Shown here: one piece after another, positions 52,820-61,031 of the stretch
Layout of the letters: every line of letters begins with the position of its first letter
How positions within the stretch are numbered: position 1 is the stretch's first letter
Position numbers and translations under genes: made by a program
The notes under the pieces: model-generated
What the model saw: only the letters and a program-made list of their open reading frames with translations
Told to the model about the DNA's origin: nothing
The model's database searches: none
Assembly (NCBI GenBank): GCA_963747695.1
Contig: CAVVFV010000010.1
Span: 69,618-133,617, forward strand
From: Candidatus Falkowbacteria bacterium
GTDB taxonomy: Bacteria; Patescibacteriota; Patescibacteriia; Patescibacteriales; WJLG01
DNA length: 64,000 nucleotides
Direction: 5' to 3'

Positions 52820-53854
52820 TCACAGGGCGCCCAGACTTTTCAACTGGGTATCGGAAATCTCCTCGCTGATCTTGCCGGCTTTGAAGAGATTGCGCAGGTC
52901 GCGCTCGGCTGAAATCATCCCCGCCTCCTGCCCCGATTGGATCACGCTCTGGATCTGGGCGATTTTATTCTCACGGATCAAATTGGCCACGGCGGAATTT
53001 CTGATCATTATTTCCCGCGTCGCGATGCGGCCGCCGCCGACCGCGGGCAAAAGCCGCTGAGAGATGACCATTTCTAAAGTCATCGAAAGCTGAGTCCTGA
53101 CCTGCCCCTGCTGATCGGAAGGGAAAACGTCGACAATGCGATCAATCGATTGCGCCGCGTTGTAGGTATGTAAAGTTGCCAAAACCAAGTGGCCGGTTTC
53201 CGCCAAGGTGATGGTGGCGGCGATGGTTTCCAGATCGCGCATCTCGCCGACCATGATCACGTTCGGATCCTGGCGCAAAGCGTGTTTCAAGCCGGATTCA
53301 AAAGTCGGGATATCGCTCCCCAATTGGCGCTGGATGATAATGCTCTTGTTCGGCTTAAATAAAAATTCGATCGGATCCTCAAGGGTAATGATCTTGCGGC
53401 TGAAATTATCATTGATGTAAGAAATTATCGCCGCCAGCGTGGTCGATTTGCCGCAGCCGGTCGGTCCGGTCATCAGCACCAAGCCGCGATTTTTATTAAT
53501 GACTTCCTTGACGATCTTGGGCACGCCGATGCTGTCCATCGACGGCGATTCTTTGTTGATGATGCGAGCCGCCAAACCGACATTTTCCTTTTCATAATGG
53601 ATATTGACGCGGAAGCGAGTGTCATCGATCGCGTAGCCGAAATCCAGGTCGCGGTTATCCTCGAACATCTGCTGCTGTCTTTCGGTCAGGAGGGAAAAGA
53701 CCATCTCCTGCAGTTCCTTCTTGGCCAAAGTCGAAAATTTATTGAGCGGCTCCAACTCACCGTCGATCCTTAGTACCGGCAAAATACCGACGTTGAGATG
53801 CAAGTCGGAAGCGCCTTTATCGATCGCAATTTGAAAGAGATCTTTGATATTCAT
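52820..53854 (-). CDS. pilT: Type IV pilus retraction ATPase PilT
   Basis: 344 aa; Walker A GPTGCGKSTT, DPNVIMVGEMRD, GHLVLATLHT. Confidence 0.92.
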   Translation of the reverse strand: MNIKDLFQIAIDKGASDLHLNVGILPVLRIDGELEPLNKFSTLAKKELQEMVFSLLTERQQQMFEDNRDLDFGYAIDDTRFRVNIHYEKENVGLAARIINKESPSMDSIGVPKIVKEVINKNRGLVLMTGPTGCGKSTTLAAIISYINDNFSRKIITLEDPIEFLFKPNKSIIIQRQLGSDIPTFESGLKHALRQDPNVIMVGEMRDLETIAATITLAETGHLVLATLHTYNAAQSIDRIVDVFPSDQQGQVRTQLSMTLEMVISQRLLPAVGGGRIATREIMIRNSAVANLIRENKIAQIQSVIQSGQEAGMISAERDLRNLFKAGKISEEISDTQLKSLGAL

Positions 53855-53947
53855 ATTTAGAGAATTTTATAATTTTTAATTTTTTCAATTTTTAAAAATT
53901 AATCCTTAAAAATTCTTTAAAAATTTAAAAATTACAAAAATTCGCGG

Positions 53948-54643
53948 TTACTGCCAACTCTTAACCTCTAATCCATTCTTCGCTGCTTCCACTTCGGCTT
54001 CCTGCTTAGAGGAACCGTGGCCGACAGCGATGAGTTCTTCGGAAACATATAAACCGATATCGAAGATCTTGGCATGGTCCGGCCCTTCTTCTTTCAAGAC
54101 GCGATAATGAGGAGTGATGCCGAATTTTTCCTGCGCGATTTCCTGAAATTTCGACTTGGGGTCGAAATATAATTCATTTTTTAAAATATAATCAAGCTTG
54201 GTGATGATTTTGTTGGTGATAAACTCCTTAGCCTTTTCCGTACCCTGATCTAGATAGATCGCGCCGATCAGCGCTTCCACCGCATCAGCCAAAATAAATT
54301 GCCGGGCTTTGGAGTTGCTGTCTTTAGCTTCCCCGCGCGATAAAAGCAGATTGTCTTCGATTCCCACTTCGGCCGCGATTACGGCGAGCATTTTGGCATT
54401 AACCAGACTGGCGCGCCAGTTGGTCAAGTCACCTTCTTGTTCCTTGGGATATTTTTTATAGAGGAATTCAGTGACGATCAATTCCAAAACCGCGTCGCCC
54501 AAAAATTCCAAACGTTCGTTATGATTGAGATAAAAATCCGAATGTTCATTGAGATAAGAGCGGTGGACCAAGGCTTGCTGCAGCAAATCCTTGTTTTTGA
54601 AGACGACACCGATTCGCCCTTCGAGAGATGAGAGATCACTCAT
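53948..54643 (-). CDS. rnc: Ribonuclease III
   Basis: 231 aa with the signature NERLEFLGDAVLE and a C-terminal dsRBD. Confidence 0.93.
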   Translation of the reverse strand: MSDLSSLEGRIGVVFKNKDLLQQALVHRSYLNEHSDFYLNHNERLEFLGDAVLELIVTEFLYKKYPKEQEGDLTNWRASLVNAKMLAVIAAEVGIEDNLLLSRGEAKDSNSKARQFILADAVEALIGAIYLDQGTEKAKEFITNKIITKLDYILKNELYFDPKSKFQEIAQEKFGITPHYRVLKEEGPDHAKIFDIGLYVSEELIAVGHGSSKQEAEVEAAKNGLEVKSWQ

Positions 54644-54789
54644 ATGGCTGGTTGCCGAACTGTTAGCTCGTTAAATTATGCTTGATAATTTAAAGATTTA
54701 ACAGGCAGACAAGATTAATTAATTACAAATTACAAATTATTAATTACAAATAAAAATTACTAATAGTCCGATAAAATAATTTGTAATTT

Positions 54790-55272
54790 CTAATTTGTAA
54801 TTTCTAATTTCTTTTCCGGTTCCGCGGGCTTCTCCCCCCTTACTTTCTGCTCTTCGGTCAATTCATTCTTGAACATCGCGCCCAAAACGCCGTTGACGAA
54901 CTTGCCGGAGGATTCGCCGCCAAAAGCTTTGGCGATCTCGATTGCTTCGTTGATCGCCACCTTGGGCGGAATATCGTCGCGGAATAAAAGTTCATAAGCG
55001 CCGATGCGCAAGATGTTGCGGTCGACGATGGTGATCTGCTCGATCGGCCAATCGGTCGCGTATTTGGAAATCAGACCATCGATCTTTTCCGCATTATCCA
55101 AAACGCCTTTCACCGTCTCAGTGACAAAACCGTGGTCGTCAAAACCCGGCGCGAAATTTTCAAAATTATTTTTGATCAATTCCGCGACATCGGCATCGGA
55201 TTTCCGGCCGTTAAAATCCCAGGTAAACAGGGTTTGCATGGCCATCGTTCTGGCCAGGTGCCTATTTGACAT
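54790..55272 (-). CDS. nusB: Transcription antitermination factor NusB
   Basis: 160 aa; [10 protein letters not shown]..., [24 protein letters not shown]. Confidence 0.88.
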   Translation of the reverse strand: MSNRHLARTMAMQTLFTWDFNGRKSDADVAELIKNNFENFAPGFDDHGFVTETVKGVLDNAEKIDGLISKYATDWPIEQITIVDRNILRIGAYELLFRDDIPPKVAINEAIEIAKAFGGESSGKFVNGVLGAMFKNELTEEQKVRGEKPAEPEKKLEITN

Positions 55273-55403
55273 AAAGATAAATTTTTAATTTTGTAATTTT
55301 GTAATTTTTAAATAATGCTTAATTTTTAAAAATTAGGCATTAAAAATTATTTCAAAAATTTAAAAATTAAAAATTATATATCTATAACAAAAACAGCCGG
55401 GGG

Positions 55404-55601
55404 TTATTTCCCTTTGGCTGTTTTGACTTTCACTTTGACGGCTTCGCGGCCCTTGTAGGTTCCGCAGACGGAACAGGCGCGATGCGGCTGGACGGCTTGT
55501 CCGCATTTTGAACAGACATTCAATTTTGTTTTTTTCAAAGCAAAATGAGAGGCTCTTGCTCTTACCGAACTTTTAGGTCTTCTTTTTGGCGGTACTGGCA
55601 T
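55404..55601 (-). CDS. rpmF: 50S ribosomal protein L32
   Basis: 65 aa; MPVPPKRRPKSSVRARASH..., zinc ribbon CSKCG...CSVCG. Confidence 0.92.
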   Translation of the reverse strand: MPVPPKRRPKSSVRARASHFALKKTKLNVCSKCGQAVQPHRACSVCGTYKGREAVKVKVKTAKGK

Positions 55602-55798
55602 AAAATTAAGTAAAAAGTAAAAAGTTAAAAGTAATAAAGTTACTTGTATTTAAAGAATATCCGAAAAAATCATAAAAGTCAAGAATAATTGCTTTAAAGC
55701 ATAAAAGCATAAAAACATCGGAGCAACTTTTGAATAACTAAAACGGCATATAATTTCACGTGCTCATCTGTTCTTATGCTTTTTTGTTCGGCTGATTT

Positions 55799-56170
55799 CT
55801 ATTTGCCTTTTATCAGGTATTCTTTGACTTTTTCGACTACCTCATTGATCGGATGCTGGGTTTTGACCAAATAATCGCTCGCCCCCAAGCTCAAGCCCTC
55901 TTTGATCTTTTCATCGTCGCCCAGATTCGACATAATGATTACCGGGATCAGCTTCATTTCCTCGTCGGCCTTTAATTCCCCGAGCACGGTCAAGCCGTCC
56001 TTTTTGGGAAGCATGATGTCCAAAAGGATCAGATCGGGTTTGCCGCTTTTCACCGCGGGCATAACCGCGGCGCCATCAGTTACGGTAAGCACCGTAAATT
56101 TTTCCTTTTCAAATTTTTCTCGAAGAACCTTTGACAAGATCTCTTCGTCTTCAGCGATTAAAAGTTTCAT
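55799..56170 (-). CDS. Single-domain response regulator (CheY-like REC)
   Basis: 123 aa; LLIAEDEE, LILLDIMLPKKDG, IIMSN, YLVK. Confidence 0.85.
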   Translation of the reverse strand: MKLLIAEDEEILSKVLREKFEKEKFTVLTVTDGAAVMPAVKSGKPDLILLDIMLPKKDGLTVLGELKADEEMKLIPVIIMSNLGDDEKIKEGLSLGASDYLVKTQHPINEVVEKVKEYLIKGK

Positions 56171-56344
56171 ATTATTATATTTAATAAATAAATGATATTA
56201 AACGGCAGGGCGAGCCCTGCGCCGATCTTCCTGATAGGTGTCGCTGCCGCAAGCGGACGGAGTATTTTATCGGCGCTCGCTCGGAAATGATCTCCGCTAG
56301 GCGCGGGATCATTTCGCTCGCTCCGCTTGATAATAAACAATGTC

Positions 56345-56749
56345 TTACGACTTCTTCCCCCCAAAATGATTCATCGCCAATTTCTGTTTGATCTTGGCCA
56401 CGACATCATCGAGCTTCCAATTCGTCTTAATCATAAAATCCTGAACGCCGTGTTTGATCGCCTCATCGATCTGCGGACCATAAGTGACATTGGTCAGCAG
56501 AATTACCGGCGTCGCTACGGATTTTTTGTCCTCGCGCAGCTTTTTCAACATCGTGACGCCGTCCATTTTTGGCATCAAAATGTCTAAGAGGATCAAATCC
56601 GGACGTTCGGACAAAGCCTTGTGCAAACCTTCCAGCCCGTCCTTGGCCTGGATGACGTCAAAACCTTCCTGGACCAGTTTTTCCGTGACGATATTAAGCA
56701 GCATCGAGTCATCTTCGGCGATTAATATTTTTTTTCTAATTTCGCTCAT
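56345..56749 (-). CDS. Single-domain response regulator (CheY-like REC)
   Basis: 134 aa; ILIAEDDS, LILLDILMPKMDG, ILLTN, FMIK. Confidence 0.85.
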   Translation of the reverse strand: MSEIRKKILIAEDDSMLLNIVTEKLVQEGFDVIQAKDGLEGLHKALSERPDLILLDILMPKMDGVTMLKKLREDKKSVATPVILLTNVTYGPQIDEAIKHGVQDFMIKTNWKLDDVVAKIKQKLAMNHFGGKKS

Positions 56750-56781
56750 AGCACTTAATTTTAAATTAAATTATAAATAAT

Positions 56782-59040
56782 TTATTTTGGCACTGTAAAA
56801 TAAAAAGTCGTGGCGGCCCGAGTCGATTTGAACCAGATCTTTCCGCCATTAGCCTCAACCGCCGCCTTGGCAATGAATAATCCCAAACCGCTGCCGACAT
56901 ATTGCAGGTTCCGCGCGTTCTTACCGCGATAAAATTTGGAAAAAACTTTGGCCTGATCACTCTTGGCGATCATCGGCCCATAATTTCGGATGCCGACTAA
57001 GTAATTATTGTTCCCCGCTCCGATCGTGACGTCGATCTTGCCGTTTTCCGGCGCAAAATTGCAGGCATTATTCAAGATGTTGCTGAAGGCTTCGGAAAAA
57101 AGCAGCGGATCGATATTGACGGATTTCAATCGGATTTTAGCCTTCAAATTGATTTTTTGATTTTTCTTTTCGAGCGTCGGCCGCAACTGTCTAATGGCTG
57201 CTTCAATCAACGGCACTAGCTTAACTGTTTTTTTGTTAACTGATAATTTCCCCGCCGCGATCCGCGTGACATTCAACAGGCCGTTCACTAAGCCGATCAG
57301 CCGCTCATTGGAAATAATCAGATCGCGCGTGTACTCTTTTTGTTTATCGCTCAAACCCCCGGTTTGCGTCATCATTTCCAAAATCCACTTCGTAACCGAA
57401 AGAGGCGTGCGTAATTGATGCGAGGCCAGCGAAAGAAAATCATTTTTTGCCTGATCCAATTCCTTTTCATAGGTGATGTCGCGAAAAACATTGATGGCGC
57501 CGATAGTCTTACCGGCGGAAATAACCGGTGAAATCGCGCGGGAAACCGGGAATCTCTTCCCTTTTTTCCCCGAATAATAATAGGGCGTGATGCTGGCGAA
57601 CGTCAGTCCGGTTTTCAAAACATTTTCAAAATCACTTTTTTCCGGAGGGATCTCATTGCCCCTTTCGTCTTCCTTGCGTAAAATCGTATACCATTTTTTT
57701 CCTTTTGCCTCTTTTTCCGTGCAAGCGAGCATCCTTAAAGCCGTCCGGTTGATCAGGATAATGTCGTCGTTCTTGTCCACGGCGATTACTCCGTCAGCGA
57801 TACTGGCCAGCAGCGCTTCGTCTTTGGCGGCGATTTCTTTCAATGAATTCTCGACTTTTTTAAGCTCAGTAAGATCAACCAATATCCCCCTGATCCCATT
57901 GGCAGAATTTTTTCGCACCGCAAAACGAGAATAGACCATGGCGGGAAAAACACTGCCATCCTTCCTCAAGGCCAAAAAATCATTGGTACCGTTGTCGGCC
58001 GCTTTTACGGGGGTTAAAATAACTTTTGCCGCCCGCTGGCGGTCCACTCGGGCGATCAATTGCAAAATATTCAATCCTTTAGCCAAAGCCTTTTCCTGAT
58101 AACCAAAGTTGGTCAAGCCGTTGCGATTCAGGAAAGTCAATTTCCCCTGATGATCCATTTCAAAAACAGTTTGCGGCAAAAGATCGACCAAATTTTTAAA
58201 ACGCTCTCGGCTTTGGCGCAATTCTTGTTCGCTCCGTTTATACTCAGTAATATCTCTGACTGATTCAATCGCGCCGACCATCTTGCCATTCTCATCATAT
58301 AAAGGCGAGGCAATCGACGACAGATAAGCGCCCTGGCCGCCATTGAGGCGGGGAATGAACATTTCCGCGGCCAGACGATCATTTTCCTTATGAATATAGG
58401 AATATTTTTTCTCAATTCTTCTGTCATTTTTTATGACGAGATCCATCAAGACCGGGCGCCTTTTGCCGTAAAAAGGCAAGGCATACTGATAATCATCCCT
58501 GCCCAAAATATTTTTCCTTGGCACACCGGTTAATATCTCCATCTTTTCGTTCCAAGCGATAACCCGATGTTCCAAATTTACGGCCATGGTCGCGTCGGGC
58601 AAAAAATTAACCAAAGCCGCCAAGCGTTGCTGGGAAGCTTGCAGCTCTTCTTCAGCTTTTTTTCGGGAAGTCACGTCCCGAAAAAAACCGATCATCATTT
58701 CTTTTCCCTCGAGTTTTACGGGAATCGAAGAATTAATGTCCATGAAAAAAATCCGGCCGTTCTTTCCCTTGATGGGCACGTTTCGGGAAATGGAAATTTC
58801 TCTCCGCGCCAAGCGGCCAAAATCCTTTAAAACCCGGCCCGCCTCGGACTTAGGATGAATATCCTCGACCCGCATTTTTTTTAACTGTTTTAATGAGCAC
58901 CCCAACATCCGACAGATCGATCGATTGCCATAGTAAAATTTCTTGGTGGCAATGTCCGCCAATAAGACCCCGTCGGGGACATTATCGAAAAAATCGCGGA
59001 AGTCTTGGTCCGACTTATTCTTTTTATTCATCATTGGCAT
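56782..59040 (-). CDS. Multi-PAS sensor histidine kinase
   Basis: Several PAS-like segments, the H-box LSLASHQLRTPLS and a C-terminal HATPase region. The ATG at 59040 is preceded by GGAGGGGGA; the ORF-track start at 59058 is GTG. Confidence 0.85.
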   Translation of the reverse strand: MPMMNKKNKSDQDFRDFFDNVPDGVLLADIATKKFYYGNRSICRMLGCSLKQLKKMRVEDIHPKSEAGRVLKDFGRLARREISISRNVPIKGKNGRIFFMDINSSIPVKLEGKEMMIGFFRDVTSRKKAEEELQASQQRLAALVNFLPDATMAVNLEHRVIAWNEKMEILTGVPRKNILGRDDYQYALPFYGKRRPVLMDLVIKNDRRIEKKYSYIHKENDRLAAEMFIPRLNGGQGAYLSSIASPLYDENGKMVGAIESVRDITEYKRSEQELRQSRERFKNLVDLLPQTVFEMDHQGKLTFLNRNGLTNFGYQEKALAKGLNILQLIARVDRQRAAKVILTPVKAADNGTNDFLALRKDGSVFPAMVYSRFAVRKNSANGIRGILVDLTELKKVENSLKEIAAKDEALLASIADGVIAVDKNDDIILINRTALRMLACTEKEAKGKKWYTILRKEDERGNEIPPEKSDFENVLKTGLTFASITPYYYSGKKGKRFPVSRAISPVISAGKTIGAINVFRDITYEKELDQAKNDFLSLASHQLRTPLSVTKWILEMMTQTGGLSDKQKEYTRDLIISNERLIGLVNGLLNVTRIAAGKLSVNKKTVKLVPLIEAAIRQLRPTLEKKNQKINLKAKIRLKSVNIDPLLFSEAFSNILNNACNFAPENGKIDVTIGAGNNNYLVGIRNYGPMIAKSDQAKVFSKFYRGKNARNLQYVGSGLGLFIAKAAVEANGGKIWFKSTRAATTFYFTVPK

Positions 59041-59163
59041 GATCCCCCTCCCCCTCACAAATTTAAAATTAAGGAGTAGCCGGATAAAATTTTAACCGAA
59101 CCCTCCCTAAAATTAATATCAAATGAATTAATCCTTAAATGCGACAACGTCAATTGCCGGGCG

Positions 59164-60957
59164 TCATTCATTAATCTCCTTGATATTATCCGTCACGTAT
59201 TTTTTGGCTTTTTTCAACTTATCTTTCGTCTGCTTCAATAAAAATTCCGTCTCCGCCGCTTCGTTCTCATCGATCTTGCCGTCGTCATAATGATGCAGCA
59301 TCGTATCCAGATTTTTATCCGTACTGTCAAGGATATTGTTCACGTCGCGCTGCGCAATGATCACTTTACGGGCAGCCTGTTTGCGCCAGAGTCGGCGGGA
59401 ATACCAACCGCATAAGAACATCAAGATAACAATTATCGAGATGCCGATCCAGAGCCAGAGTTGAGTAATCTCCCACGACCAGATGACAAACACCGGCTTT
59501 TCTCTGACTGAAAAAATTTCCGATTTGACGGGCAAACTCAAAGCGCCGCGATAATCTTTAGCTGTTAATTCCACATAATATTGCCCGATCCGGAAAGGCC
59601 CGTCGAACTTAGCCACCCAAGTTCCGTCTTGATCCGCATTGGCGGCGGTTTGGCTGATCACCACGTTATTTATATCTTTTAACGATAAAGCCAACGAGGC
59701 ATTCGGCACCGAATTGCCTTCCAGGATCAAGTCGCTGATCTGGGCGTAAACATTCTTGGAAATGGAGGTGATGACCGGGGACTGGAGCGGGTTGATGTTA
59801 AATTGAAAGCTATTCTCCCGGATATTTCCGGCCGCATCGACCGCTTTTACCGTAACATTATGTTGCCCGGGCGTCTCGGGGGCTAAGGTTAAAGTTCCGC
59901 TCGCGACCTTGACCTCGTCACTGTTATCAACCCTGACCAAATAATGATCAAGTCCCGATAATCCATCGCTGGTGCCGAATTCCAAAGTCCGAATCGGGCT
60001 GTCGGTGGCGGTTGATTCCAGCGTGCTGATGGTAAAAGGCAGCGGCGGTACGGTGTCAATGGCAATGCGATAAGTGGTGATCGGACCCCAGCCGACATTA
60101 TTTTGAAACATGATGTGCCAATACCAAATTCCATCGCTCAAAGACGGAAAAGTTTTGGCGTCAAAAAGCCCCTCGGACTTGGTTGGCAGCGCGAATTTTA
60201 AATTTTGATTGACCGCCGAACTGATGCCGGAAACGTCATCAGGCAAATCCCACTGCGTCAAGAAATCAGTTACCTCATTATACCAACTTTTCTGATCCGG
60301 ATATAACGGCACGCTGACCACTGGCGCGATCGGCAATTTTTTGGTCACGGTCGGTTTTCTGGTAATCGGCGCCGGCGCCGGCATCAACGGCTTAGTGGTA
60401 GTCGCGGTAACGGGCAGCTTAGGAGCATTCAACGAAGGAACTACGTTATATTGCGCCGATGAGATTGAAGAAAGAATATTGCTGCCGCTGCCGTCCGAGG
60501 CGGTGACCGCCGCGTCGCTGATCGTTACCGGAGCATTACCGGAGGCGTTCGCCGTAAAAGTTATCTTCAAAACGCCGACGGAAGACCCGACCAAACCGCT
60601 GGTGCTGCCGCCGATAAAACTTACCGTGCCGCCGCTGTTGGAAAAAGTCGGTTGCTCGAGCCAAAAATTAAAGATTGAAGACGGCGAGGAAAAATCCAAG
60701 GACTTCACTTGCAGCGCATTGGCGGGAAATTGCACCGTCGCCTGCGCCGCATTGAATGCCTGACCTTGGCTGTCGATTCTTACTTCGACGTCAAAAGTTT
60801 GGCCAATCTGATATTGACCGACTTCCGGCGATAAAAATAAGGTGGCAGCCTCAACGGCCGGAACCTGAGCCGCAAAAATCATTGCCACGGCCAAAATCAT
60901 AAAAACCGCAGTCAATCCAAAAGAAAATCTTACTTTATTCATAAATATCATCATCAT
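59164..60957 (-). CDS. Membrane-anchored cohesin-domain surface protein
   Basis: 597 aa with a signal-like N-terminus. The cohesin-like module is LFLSPEVGQYQIGQTFDVEVRIDS...GVLKITFTANASGNAPVTIS. It also has an Ig-like middle region and a C-terminal TM helix plus charged tail. The start is ambiguous among ATGs at 60942-60957. Confidence 0.75.
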   Translation of the reverse strand: MMMIFMNKVRFSFGLTAVFMILAVAMIFAAQVPAVEAATLFLSPEVGQYQIGQTFDVEVRIDSQGQAFNAAQATVQFPANALQVKSLDFSSPSSIFNFWLEQPTFSNSGGTVSFIGGSTSGLVGSSVGVLKITFTANASGNAPVTISDAAVTASDGSGSNILSSISSAQYNVVPSLNAPKLPVTATTTKPLMPAPAPITRKPTVTKKLPIAPVVSVPLYPDQKSWYNEVTDFLTQWDLPDDVSGISSAVNQNLKFALPTKSEGLFDAKTFPSLSDGIWYWHIMFQNNVGWGPITTYRIAIDTVPPLPFTISTLESTATDSPIRTLEFGTSDGLSGLDHYLVRVDNSDEVKVASGTLTLAPETPGQHNVTVKAVDAAGNIRENSFQFNINPLQSPVITSISKNVYAQISDLILEGNSVPNASLALSLKDINNVVISQTAANADQDGTWVAKFDGPFRIGQYYVELTAKDYRGALSLPVKSEIFSVREKPVFVIWSWEITQLWLWIGISIIVILMFLCGWYSRRLWRKQAARKVIIAQRDVNNILDSTDKNLDTMLHHYDDGKIDENEAAETEFLLKQTKDKLKKAKKYVTDNIKEINE

Positions 60958-61031
60958 ATTTTAAAAATAATTGGTGATTTTTCTCCGCCGCCGTGCCGCC
61001 AAACTCCGCATAAATCAGCTAAGGTTAAATG

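Noticed and set aside
56167-56364. A 65-aa ORF across the GC-rich spacer between the REC genes.
   Set aside because: It overlaps both neighbouring genes' ends, has no start context, and the region is better explained by nested RNA or DNA hairpins.
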